NCBI RefSeq assembly: GCF_006345805.1
Contig: NC_043009.1
Location: 21,080,001-21,144,000 of the forward strand
Length of the DNA: 64,000 nt
Source: Octopus sinensis
Lineage: Eukaryota
Direction: 5' to 3'
Shown: positions 1-12,700 of the stretch, in pieces
How the letters are laid out: the number at the start of each line of letters is the position of its first letter
Position numbering within the stretch: the first letter of the stretch is position 1
Translations under genes and position numbers: made by a program
The notes under the pieces: model-generated
Databases searched by the model: none
Told to the model about the DNA's origin: nothing
What the model saw: only the letters and a program-made list of their open reading frames with translations

Positions 1-91
<91 letters not shown>

Positions 92-108
92 GATGATGAT
101 GATGATGA
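1..108. repeat. (AG)n followed by (GAT)n microsatellite
   Basis: Directly visible. Confidence 0.95.
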
Positions 109-854
109 AGACGGTGGTGAAGGTGTGGTACTGGTGCTGTTGTTGTTAAGCAACAAGACGGGTAAGGGTGATTAGATGATGGTCTAGGGATTAGGGGCGG
201 GAGACCCCAGACCTTGGAAAAAAAAAAACCTTGCTCGTCTTGTTGTAGTCGAGGGCTCTTCGTTGACGCCTGACACCACTGGGAGGTGGCCCTCGAAGTT
301 GCTGGAAATGGAGATCTCCAGGTCCAAATTCTTGAACGGCTACTGCTGGTGCTGGAGATGGTGGTGAATTGAAAGCCAATGATGTGGTTTTCAGAGTATA
401 TCATGTTGCATTAAATTTCTACCCCTCGTGAAATTGTGACTCCTATATTTTACATCTAAAACAAGTTTTTGTGCTATAAAATTTTTATCTTCTTGGTATG
501 AAATTGGGACCATATAAATTTTAAAATGCAATTTTTTTGTTAATGGGAAAAATGGAAAAATAGAAGTGAATATTCATTCTATGAGTGTTGTATATTAAGT
601 CTATAAAATTGTGCATAAAGTATATAAAGTGCATTAAGTAATCATTGTATCCTAATTTCTTCCACTTTTCAATGAGTAGAAGACGAGCAGCTATCTTTTG
701 ATACAAGCACAACACAGGTTATGCTTTCAGGTTTTTTGGATAAAGTTTTCAGAAATAACCCAGTAGGTTTATCATTAAATCCATGAAATATTCGCAGGTC
801 CTACTAGTTAAATATAATCCTACATCAACACTCCTGTCAATATACAGCCACAGA

Positions 855-1763
855 AATAGTTGATGGATTCTGTTATTTAGGAGACCAAGTCAGTAACAGA
901 GGTGGATGCTCTGAGAGTGTAGCTGTGAGAATAAGGACAGGCTGGGCAAAGTTCAGAGAGATCCTACCCCTGCTGGCAACAAAGGGCCTCTCCCTCAGAG
1001 TGAAAGGCAAATTGCATGATGCCTATGAGTGAACAGCTATGCTACATGGCAGTGAAACATGGGCTGTGACCATTGAGGACATGTGTAGGCTTGACAGAAA
1101 TGAAGCCAGTATGTTTTGGTGGATGTGCAATGTTAGTGTCCATGTATGATAGAGTGTAAGCGTCTTGAGAGAAAAGTTGGACATAAGAAGCATCACATGT
1201 GGTGTGCAAGAGAGATGACTGCACTGGTATGATCATGTGCTGCATATGGATGAGGACAGGTGTGTGAAGAAGTGCCAATCTCCAACTGTGGAGGAAATCT
1301 GTGAAAGGGGTAGACCGAAGAAGACATGGGATGAGATGGTGAAGCATGATCTTTGAATGTCAGGCCTCATGGAGGCAATGACAAGTGACTGAGACCTTTG
1401 GCAATATGCCATACTTAAGAAGACCCCTCAACCCAAGTGAAATCATAGTCATGGCCAGTGCTGGTGTTATGTAACAGGCACCCATGGTAAGTTATTGAGA
1501 TGGTAAGTTATTGAGACCTTTGGTGACACACCATGCTCAAGAAAACTCATCAAGCCAAGTAAAATTGTAGTTGTGGCCAATGCGGGTGTCATGTGACTGG
1601 CTTCCATGCTGGTGGCACGTAAAAAGCACCCATTACACTCTTAGAGTGGTTGGCGTTAGAAACCAAGCTAAATCAGATTGTAACCTGGTGCAGCCTTCCA
1701 GCTTACCAGTTTCAGTTGAGCTAAGCTAGGCCATCATGGAAAGCAGACACTAAATGATGATGA
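855..1763 (+). mobile_element. RTE-clade LINE 3' fragment with (GAT)n tail
   Basis: Decayed translation VDGFCYLGDQVS...RIRTGWAKFREILPLL...GSETW...GRPKKTW; 3' region shared with 20940-21995. Confidence 0.8.
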
Positions 1764-1764
1764 T

Positions 1765-1795
<31 letters not shown>

Positions 1796-4304
1796 TCTAT
1801 ATATAATCTTCTATACGACCCCAATCCCACCCTATCTATGCAGTTCCCTTGCAGACTGATTTCCTGGCAAGAGATCAATCCTATAGTTATATGTTACAAT
1901 CTGTTTCAAGCATCTCTAGAAATAGCCACAATGTTATGTTCTGTATTCTGTCTTTGTCAGTGTTTACCTCCATATCAGTTATGACCATCCAGTCATTTTT
2001 TGGTACCTAAAAATACATGACTGAATATATCCTTTTTTTTTGTTTAAAACAGTGGAATATGATTTGAGAGAAAATTTGGTTGTAATTTCTAGCAGGTCAA
2101 GCAACCATGTAGAGGTTGTAATGTTTTGGTGGAGGAGTTATTGATTCTAAGACCAAAAAGTCATTCCTGACACCAAACTTAATTAACTTCTTATCCAAAA
2201 ATATTAATTTCTTAATAATAAGTCCACCATCAATGGTAAATAATCAATGAATCAATAATTTAACATGAGAAATCAATAAAGACCTCATCAGGTATGGTAG
2301 AAATGGTAGTGATAGTGGTGGTGGTAGTAGTGTGAACGGTGATAGTAATGATGATTGTGGTGGTGATGGTGATGGTGATGGTAATGGTCAGGTTGAAAAA
2401 TTACTAAAATATGGTAGATTAAAATAAAGCAGGAAAAGTATGAGTGGTTATGTGATAAATTAAAATTGATTTATTAATTTATTGATTGTTACACTAGTCA
2501 TAAGAGAGATATAACAATGGAATTTGTTAAAAAAAATTGCAACAAAATAATGGAATAAGTAAAAAAAGGTGAAACTATGAAAGTGTTAGAATAAACGTGT
2601 TAATTTCTGGCAGGCTTTCATTGATAAGAGAACTTGGAAGAAAACAAAAATAATAGATTACAGAAAAGATGGCACACCCACATAAGTTTACACCACCGCC
2701 ACCACACACATACACACATGCGCGTGTGCACATGCGCACACATTACACATATGAAACTTGAAATTAGAAAAAAATGTGATGAAATTAGAAAACAATGTGA
2801 TATATGTCAGTATGTATGTGTGCATAGTCAAAAATTTTTTTAAATCGGCGACCATGCACACATACATGCTGTTTTTACATTAAATTCTAATATAACCACA
2901 GCCAATACCATCTGAAAGGCATTTATATAAAAATTTCATTCAAAAATACCCATTTTTCTAAACGTTATAAAGAAACAAAATTGACTTGTGTGAATTTTCT
3001 GAAACTTCTCTACTTCAAATCTGAATATTTTTCCACAACTAATTCTGTTATCATCAAAATCTACATCAGCTGAACAATATTTGTCTAAGATTTCATTAAA
3101 GAATATCCTTTTTTCTGAAAATTATAAGGAAACAAATTTGGGGGTAAAGGGCACACTTGGGTATGTATACTGAAAAGATAATTCAAATGTAAGGGATCAA
3201 CTGTCTCAACCAACTCTAAATCTTTAGTCACGAAACACAATAATGAAAGTAGTCTACATATCAAAGACAAAATGGGATTAGCAGGAATAATCTATTATTC
3301 CCATTAATTTAAGGGCAAAAAAGAACTCATTTTTAACATAAGAAATAAATAGCCAACAATCTTAATTGAAAAGTTTATAGTTTTTTTATACTTCAGTTGT
3401 GTAAGTATTCTGGTTGGGGTCGTTACCCTATATTTTTAATGAGGTTCCTTCTATTAGTCTTCTGAGTTTGGAAATAAAAATAACTGTGTCACAACAGTAG
3501 TGTTATAATGATGTTACAGATGTAACATTGCAGGGATGTTACAAGTGAGGCATTGCAACTGAAATGCCGCAAAAACTAGTGAGACAAATGCAGTAAATTC
3601 TGAAGATGTGAGACATGAGATGGAAGAGAAATGAAACGAGCATATTCTGGTGGATGTGCAATGTTAGTGCACATGAAGAACAAGGTAGAGGTGAGAGTCA
3701 AAGAGGGTTTAAGAGGAACCAGTTGTAGAGAACAAGAGTGAAGACTGATAGGGACATGTAATATATATGGAAGATAATAGATGGGTAAAGTACCAGGAGA
3801 TCCAAATTGAAAGAAAAGGTGCGAGAGGAAAACTTGATGATGATGGCAGAAGTGGTGAAGGCTGATCTCAGGATGTTGAATCTGATGAAGACAAAGGAAC
3901 ACAACAAATGGTGAAATGCTTGAAAAGATCTGTCCAAACTATGGAAGCATTAAAATGGTTATAGATTCTCCTCCTCTTTTTATGTTCTTTCTCCAAGCCG
4001 GTATGGGTTGAACAGTTTGACAGGATTTGGCAAGCTACAGGGCTGCTTTGGGCACCAATGTTACTTTTGATATGGTTTCTACAGCTGGATGCCCCTTCCT
4101 GAAGCCAACCACTTAATAGTTGGTGGGTGCTTTTTGCATGTCACTGATTCCATGTATATATTGACTATTACCGGTGATAATGGCAAATTTGAAATGGTGA
4201 AGACATGCCAGATTAAGTAGTTTATGAAACTCAAAGGTCAGGGAATGAAGACTGAAATCCGTCACCCACCTGTGGAGGCAGTAATTAATGTAAGTAGCTG
4301 ACAC

Positions 4305-6308
4305 CTAGAAAGCTCTGAAGAAGTAGTACTGAACTTTGCGACAACCATCAAGCATATTCCATACCTGGACATAATAGCTCCTATTGAAGAGATAGCCATA
4401 AACATGCCAAAAGCTCAGGGAGATGAACTAAGGTGGAAAGTGAGACAGGTATTAGAAAAAGCAAAACTTCCTAAACCAAACATCACTAAGGAAGAAAAGT
4501 TTGCTATAAAACGACTACAAAGTGACAATTCCATGGTAATACTTCCAGCAGACAAGGGAAATGCTACAGTGGTGATGAACAAGTCTGACTACTCTGAAAA
4601 ATTGGCAAGTCTTTTAAGTGATGGTAGCTACAACAAAGAAAAGAAAGACCCAACTCTGAAAACAGAGGAAGTTGTCACAGATCTTGATGAAGAACAAGGA
4701 TCACTTTACACCAATGAAGTACAGACAACTGACTCAACACTACAGAAAACTACCACACATGTACGGTCTTCCTAAGATTCACAAGGATGGTATTCCATTA
4801 AGACCTAGAGGTTCAGCATGTCATCCACTGAGCCGCTCCCTTGTTGATATAGTCAGTCCATTAGCAGGAAAGTCAACATTGTACATGATGAATTCCACCC
4901 ACTTCACAGAACTGATCAAGGATAAACCAGATGAATCCAACCAGATGATGAGTCTAGATGTGATAAGCCTGTTCACCAAAGTCCCAACTGGTGAAGCACT
5001 ATCAGTGATACAAGAAAAACTAGTGACAGACGCTCATTTAAAAGAACACACTAATATACCAATAAGAAACTTGATGGAAATGTTGACCTTCTGTGTAGAA
5101 AGTACCTACTTCAGTATATATATCGACAAGAGGAGGGTTTAGCTATGGATTCGCCATTATCATAGCAAATATATACATGGAATACTTTGAGAATTTGGCT
5201 TTAGAATCAACACTACTAAAACCAACACTATGGCTATGATATGTTGATGACACCTTTATACTCTGACCCCACCAGGAATATGTCCAAGTAATGTTAGATC
5301 ATGTGAACTCAATAAAGCCATCCATACAGTTCACAATGGAAAAGGAAACAGGCAATCAGCTGGCATTCCTGGATGTATAAATAATATGTACCAAGTATGG
5401 ATTCAGGACAACCATATACTGCAAGCCGACCTTTACTGGACAATACCTTAACTTCAATTCCCACCATCCATACAGTGTAAAGAGAGGGATTGCTCAGGGC
5501 CTAAAATATTGTGCAAAGAATATAAGTAGCGATTGTGAAGAAGAGAGAGGATGAGGCCAAAAAACTGTCCATAGCCTGTCTACCCTATGTGAAAGGACTC
5601 TCCGAGAAGATACAAAAGATATATGGCCCATATAACATCAGGACAGTATTCAAGAGTAATACAACACTTCACAAATATCTCCTTCAAGTAAAACCAACAA
5701 TAGATGAGAATATGACCAAAGACTGCGTGTACTCCATCCCATGCAGGTAGGTATTACAAAGGTGAAACATGGGTAGATGAACATCGCAAAGTTGTGACGT
5801 GAGGAGATATTGATAAATCAGGTATAGCTGATCATGTATGGAAAAATGGAGACCACCTCCCCCTGTAGGATGAAGTTAAAATAATAGACAGAGAACACCA
5901 CTGGAAAACACGAAAACTAAAAGAAGCCGCACATATGCTAGGACACAACAACCTCCTAAGCAGACCGAGTGCAGATATGAGCAGCATATGGGAACCGGTG
6001 TTAAGGAAGGATAGGAAAATATTAGATTTATAAGCCCTAAAATTCACTCCATAATTGCCCACGGGCATAGTGGTTAAGAGCGCAGGCTACTAACTTCAAG
6101 ATTCCGAGTTTGATTCCAAGCAGTGACCTGAACAATAATAGTAATAATAATACTAAAAATAATAAAATCGAAAAATACCTAAGGAATGAGTATGCAGGTT
6201 CGAAATTTCCCCAAGACACCTAAAGAAGGCTGGAGTATATATCAGTGAGGACAAATATCCATCAAATGTAAATAATGTACATAATTCCTCATCTCTTAAA
6301 TATAGAAC
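4305..6308 (+). mobile_element. Penelope-like element (RT + GIY-YIG endonuclease), 5'-truncated and decayed
   Basis: ILPADKGNATVVM, YGLPKIHKDGIPLRP, SLDVISLFTKVP, GLAMG.P, YVDD, LPYVKGLSEKI, CVYSIPC..Y.GET and KSGIADH motifs across frameshifted ORFs. Confidence 0.9.
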
Positions 6309-6659
6309 ATAATTCTTTAATATTGGATATTTCTTCCAGTTCTGTTTTTTCTAAAATGGAAACCTAACAGTAATAAATAAAAAAAAATTATTAGTGCTTA
6401 GTGCCACGCCATCATTGATCAAGTCAACTTATGACAACATTCCAACCATGACAATCCCAACATTCTCTTGGGGATTGTATTCCTAGTTCTATATTTGTGA
6501 ATGTGTTCTTGTTCAAGATATTGGGATTTGAAGAAAATTTAGCAATTTTTTCAAGCAGTTTAAGTGACAACAAAACATAGAGGCTTCATCATTGAGTTCA
6601 TGGGATTTTTGCAATAGAAAAGAAACCCAAAGGAAGCTAAGGTTTTGGTTTGTACTTAC

Positions 6660-6795
6660 CAAATCTGTAAGAACCTGTGGCCTGGGTAACTGCATAGTCC
6701 GTATAATATATGGAATATTTACAGTTCTTTCTTTTTGTAATAATAACAGGGAAGAAAATACAACACAAAACAATCCACTTCGTTCAGCACCATTC
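6660..6795 (-). CDS. RPTP D2 exon (NGAERSGLFCVV...IRTMQLPRPQVLTDL)
   Basis: Completes HCLNGAERSG; ttttaacAG / GTaagt; 136 nt, same size as the D1 counterpart. Confidence 0.93.
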
Positions 6796-9700
6796 CTGTT
6801 AAAAAATAAAACAAGTGAAAGTTATCATTGCCCTAGGATATTTCGGAAAAGGAGATTTTCAAATTGTCTATTTTTCAGAAAAGAAGGCATATACAACTAC
6901 ATTATCCACCATGTCCTGCCCTTTATTAAGGCAGCAGGATGTAATTATGGGTGAGTTGGCTGATGTTTCTAACAAACTAAGCAATAATATGTAGACTTTG
7001 AATAATAAAGTTCAGTAAATTAGCTAAATAAACCCTGAAAATGGAGGTAATTTTCTTTTTGTCTTTTATTATTGTTTAGTAAAAGGAGGAAGTGAAGACA
7101 ACTGGCAGTAAGAAATTCTCTTAGACTCGAGATAAGATACAAATATTTACTACCAAGTGGGCTCTACAATTAAAAGTAGCCATGGACTGTGTGATAGGGT
7201 TGAAATGGGTGACAGATTGACTCTGTAACTCAAAAGAGAGAATTGTTATTGTGTTGAGTATTAGAAGATAGAAACGAATTTTAGGAACTGCTGCCATTGG
7301 TGGTGAAGAGTTTCTGTTTGAACATCTGTTATAAATGGTGCTTCTGAGAGAGTGTGATTGTGAATTAGGAACAATGAAGGTAATAGTTCTATTAAAGAAC
7401 ACATTGTTTCCATTGGGGAAGCTTAGGGAAAAAAATGTAATAGAAATTAGTGATGGAAACGACAGGCTGTAACAGACTTTTGCCATGCTACTTCATTGGA
7501 ACAATTAACAATTTAATTAGAAGCAGTAAATCATCATAAGAAAAGATTATGATTAACATTTTACTTACAAGCAGTGAACAACCATTGGTGCTTTTGGATT
7601 TGTCTGTGTTTGTTGAATATGTTGTTTAATTTCTTCAATCATATGTAAGAAGGATACAGTATTGTTTGGTACTGCAGATGTAGCTGGCCATGATGTGTAT
7701 TGGTACTGTTTCACACTCAACTGTTTTCCCTGCAGTACATAAAATGATGATAATGTTTTTGCTATTTCATAAATGAGAATTGAAAATTTCAGAAACATCT
7801 TCATGTATTTATCTTAATATTCATTTTCAATTAAATACCAATTTATTACTGGACCAAGAAATGATTTTTTAGAAATTGCTGGAAAATAAAAATAAGGAGT
7901 GGAAGGGAAACAGGTTCAAATAAAACTGAGAATTGTAGCTAGACAAAATATTAGTATTTTTGAACAGATTCAGTAAAAAGAAATCCATGTAATTGGTAAA
8001 GATTTTCACTGACCAACACAACTAGAACCATTGGTTCAAAGAAGCACGGCTTCATCCTTCTGCTGCTTCTGTTACTACAACAAAAGCCTCTGATCTTCTG
8101 AACTAACGACTTTCGAAACCTCTTACAAACAACCTATTTGTTCTTTCCTCATCTTCACTCTGTCACACCCCAATACTTAAAGACTTAAACATTTCTAAAT
8201 TAACTTTCCTCTTAGAACTGAAATATAAGTAAGATTTTACTTCAAAATTGAATTGTTGTTTAATAAAAATATCTAAGAAAACTTTGTCCTTAAAATTTAA
8301 GCAAATGTCTGAATTCTAAGACTTATTTAAACTAATACCAATAGTGAACTAAATTAATATTACACCTCAATAAAAACTGATTAATGTGTGTCAAAGCAAG
8401 ACTTTGGTTTTCTTCACATTAGAGCTGTCTGTGACATCTAATACCATGATACTGCTACTGCTGATTAACTTACAGACACCAAGTGAAGAAAGAACTAAAA
8501 GAAGAAAAAATTAAGTTTTGATTGTTCAAGATTCTTTACAGTCTCTCAATAGAAAACAATGGGCTTTAAACAACTTTCCGACATAACGAAAATGTCCTTT
8601 TCAACAGGAGTATTAAACTCAACAAACCGTTTCTGAATTTTGTATGAACAATATTCTTTCCATAAAGTCTGTCTTTTCTTCCGCCTTACTGCTATGGACA
8701 ATAATATGTCCAAACTCAATTTCACCATCGTCCTTCCAATATTTACAGCAGGTCTGAAAATCATTAAAAAGAAAATAAGTTATTTCAGTTATTGTTAAAT
8801 ATCTGTTTCCTGTTAAAGTCAAAATATTTTAGACTGTAGCATGAGAGGAAAGATCTATTTTGTTGCTGTGGCATAGTTCAGTTGTGCTGTGGAAGATTCC
8901 AGCCAATCAGAGCTGGAGGTGTATGAATGAAATGGCAGTGATCTGCCTCAGCTAAAAAAAAATCTCTACAGCAGCTAAGCAGCAATTTCAAATTAGTTGT
9001 GGATTTGGCGGCATAGAAACAACATTGCTTTCTTTGACATGTCACATTTTCTATGTCCACCACTAACTACATGCAACTCATTTCATTAATATCAATCAGC
9101 TTCCACTCTGCTTCATATAAATCTCAGTATATATAGTAAGTCATGTGATTTTCCCTCACACACATGTGTTTGGTTCCCATTCATATTAATCCTTGTTACC
9201 ACTTACTAGCATTCATTACACTACCAAATAAATTTTAATGTTTTTGTTTTGTAAACTTGCCTTCTGAATATTCTTTATTTACGCCTCTTTAAGAAATGAT
9301 TGGAAATGGGTTCTTTCTATGAACTGTCTTTAAAAAAAATGCTACCTTCACACATTATGTTACAACTCGAACATGTTACATATAGCAGACATCCCTTCTA
9401 ACATACATTAGTGATTCACATGTGTTGCAATAACCATTTTAGCCATTTTGAAATATGGTATGAATTGGCAATATGACGTAATGTCTTTGCCGAAGAATTA
9501 TTATTTTCGTTTTTTTCCATTGGCTAATATAACTGCTCATATAAAAATTCTAAAAGTTTTGTAAAGAATATTTGTCATGGATTTCGATTCTTTTTAGTCA
9601 AGTTGAGCAGTCATAAAAACCCTGGATTTTGGGAAAAACTTCAGTGTTTGTTGGATGTCACTGAACTCCACGACACTCACTCTTTTGAGACATCGGTAAT

Positions 9701-12700
9701 TTTCATGCCATGTCTAAGTTAATCACAAGTCTATTTTGATTTGTAGATTAATGTATTAGTTAGAATTAAGAATTAGTTAATGAATTTATAGTCGTTTTTC
9801 TACACGACAAAGTTATCTTTCTTTCTTACTGTAAATAATATAAAATGTTATATTTATATAATAAAACTAATTAAAAGAAAATGTTTCTCTTCACGTTTGT
9901 TTTTCAACTGAGTATAGATAAGTATGCATTTCTGTAATCCTTGATTATGTTTTCTTATAGCGGTTTAAAGGACACGAAGAAAATATTCAACATACATGTC
10001 ATTAATATAGCGTTTCATGCGTATATGTCTCTATGACGTTATAACTGTAGTTAGGGTTTTAGGTATAACGATAACACTTAAGTATAAGTGACGTTGAGTC
10101 ATTATATTCTCCCTTACTCAGAAAAAAGCCAAATAAAATAATATAACCTAAGGTAGAATAAACAAAAACCACCATAGGAAACATGTAACATTGGTGACCC
10201 CAACGTGATTTGAACATGCAGCCTTCTGATGTGGAGTCAGATTCACAACTAATTTGAAATTGTTGCTTTGCTGCTGTAGTGAGTTTCTTTTTATCTAAGG
10301 CAGACCAGTGCCATTTTATTTATTCAGCACTGATTGGCTGGAATTTTCTACAGTACAACTGAACTCTGCTACAGTAACAAAATAGATCTTTCCTGTCTTG
10401 CTACAGAACTATTAGTATGACTAAAATGGTTTCAAAATAATTCATAAAGTTTATAATTGATTTAAAGACACATTGTGATGACCTATAAGAAATTTTCTCT
10501 GATGATATGTAGAATGTTAAAGAATATTAAAATTCCACTCACTTCATCCATAGAATCATCACTATTCAGCATCACAATTGTGCTACTTTGGATATCACAA
10601 ACCATTTGCCAAAAATCTTCAATTGTTTCTTTCATCGGCATTTGGGTTGCTATATAATTGCGGGGATTTTCATGACTCTAAAATAATAGAAAAATAAAAT
10701 GAATGGAATTAAATAAAATGTATCAAAAGCTCAAAAATAGTCATCAAAATCAAACAAATTTATTCTCAAAGAGTTTTTTTTAATGAATTTCATGATAGAA
10801 ACTAGCAAATCATCATCACCATTATCATGAGTCATAATGTTGTCTTAGTTTTAGTGTTGTATTATAATTACATTCACATCAAGGTTACTTTATAGAAATA
10901 TGAAACGAACACAGTCATTTATTTTATCAGACCGACCCCCCAGAAAGATGAGAGAGGAAGCTGAAGATTCTTTAATCTTTCAGATATGAGGGCAATGCCA
11001 CTATTGCAGGAGTCACAATAAATCCACTGAGGCAGGAGATTTAAAAAAATAGTTAGTGAGCAAGCTAAGATGTGGGATCAAGAGAGTCCTTTAGTCTTGT
11101 TAAGGACATGACATCTTCAGTGTTAATGCAAAAATAAAAAGCATTCGATACACTGTAAAAAGTAATTGGTGTTAGGAGGACCGTCCAGCCAGAGAAACCA
11201 TGCCAAAAATGAAATGTTTTGAAGGACCTCCAGCCTGTGTAAGAGTGCAGAGCCTCTAAATGAAAACTCACTCAGATGACTGTGATAACCTCTCCGATCC
11301 ATACCAGCCTAGAAAGAGGCCTTAAAATGATGATGAGGAACACACACACGTATGTATATAAACTGGGTATAAGAGGAATTAGATGTTGTGTTCAAGAGAG
11401 AGGAGGACTGCACTGGTATCGTTATGCGATGCTGCATATGGATGAGGAAAGCTGTATAAAGGTGTCCTGTTTGCTTCATGTGGCTGGAACTTGCGAAAGA
11501 GGGAGACACAAGAAGACAAGAGATTAAGTGTGAAGGCTGACTTCAGGACCCTGAGCCTGACAGACAAGATGACAAAGGTCCAAGATTTCTGGAGATATGA
11601 GGCTCTTACAAAGACTTGCTCTCCTTGCCAGAAATGAGTTCTGGAAATGCTATGTTTCATATTCTCCCCCTATTACAGGGATCCACCCACCACACACATA
11701 ACGCCTGCCTCTTCCCCTTCCCCAAACTCCTACAGACTATGCAACCATGTCTCATATCTCTCTTCTTCCTTACATTCCACAGTGACTCTATCACCTTTAC
11801 TACTCTTGCTGCTTATACTCCCCATTTTTCTGCACCTCTCTAAATTCCCCAGCTCATGGTTCTTCTACCATCTACCTTTCAACCCTACCCATTTTCGCAG
11901 TCTGAATCTTCACTCCATCATCTTTCTATGCAATCTTACAAACAACCCAACCACCAATCCATTTCTACTCAGCTTGAGCCCTGTGGAGCCACCTTAGTGC
12001 CTTCTATTATTTATCTCTTGCGGCCCCTACTGATCATTTTTCTCTCTCCCTCTCCCCACTTTCCCTTACTAGATGTGAGATCTCTCTACAAGAATATACT
12101 TTGTCTACTTCATCTCATAGTAATACCCTGGTCTCCTAGTATGAAGCTGATCTACCCCCACCTTCTCCAGAATTAGCCCTGCAAACTGCTTGGTGACCTC
12201 CATAGTGTAAGTGGCATAAAAAAGCACTCCGATTACCACTGTAAAGTGGTTGGTGTTAGAAGGGGCCGCATCCAGCTGTAAAAGCCATGCCAAAGCAAAC
12301 ACTGGTCCTCAATGCAGTCCTTGAATCCATTGGGTCCTGCCAAACCATTCAACCCATGCCAGCGTGAACCATGGATGTTAAATGATGATGATGATGATAA
12401 ATATACATATATACATGAGGTTTTTCTGAAGATAATGTAAAAGCAAGCATAACTGTTTTATCAATTAATACAAGTTGTTCAAATCACACACATTGGTAGA
12501 GTAATCCTTCAACTACACTAACACTTCTTCATTTCATTACAGATAAATAACAGGTTCCAAAAAGAGATCACATGCTGTCTGACATTTACAGCAGGTGATA
12601 GGTTATAGAGATGATGTCATTGACAAGAGTAATGGGCTGAGAAGGATGAAGTTTAAAAAGAGGGAAACTAACACTGAAGACAAAGTATGTAGTAGGAGAC

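Larger units (their letters stand above)
8834..10406. mobile_element. MITE/non-autonomous DNA element with ~170-bp imperfect terminal inverted repeats, interrupted by an LTR insertion
   Basis: 8834-9004 (ctgtagcatgagaggaaagatctattttgttg...caaattagttgtg) is the imperfect reverse complement of 10241-10406. Confidence 0.8.

Noticed and set aside
249-296. Minus-strand HDV-ribozyme-like piece (TCGAGGGC/GCCCTCGA stem; ACC-TCCCAGT-GGT)
   Set aside because: P2 and P3/L3 look plausible, but I could not find a 7-bp P1 or a convincing P4/J4-2; insufficient support.
2924-3114. Open stretch after ttttcAG as candidate last exon
   Set aside because: The long frame needs phase 1, the preceding exon ends in phase 0, and there is no PTP similarity.
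10192-10241. Functional tRNA-Trp gene
   Set aside because: Lacks the 5' acceptor strand and D arm (no A box) and has encoded CCA, so it is a reverse-transcribed fragment.
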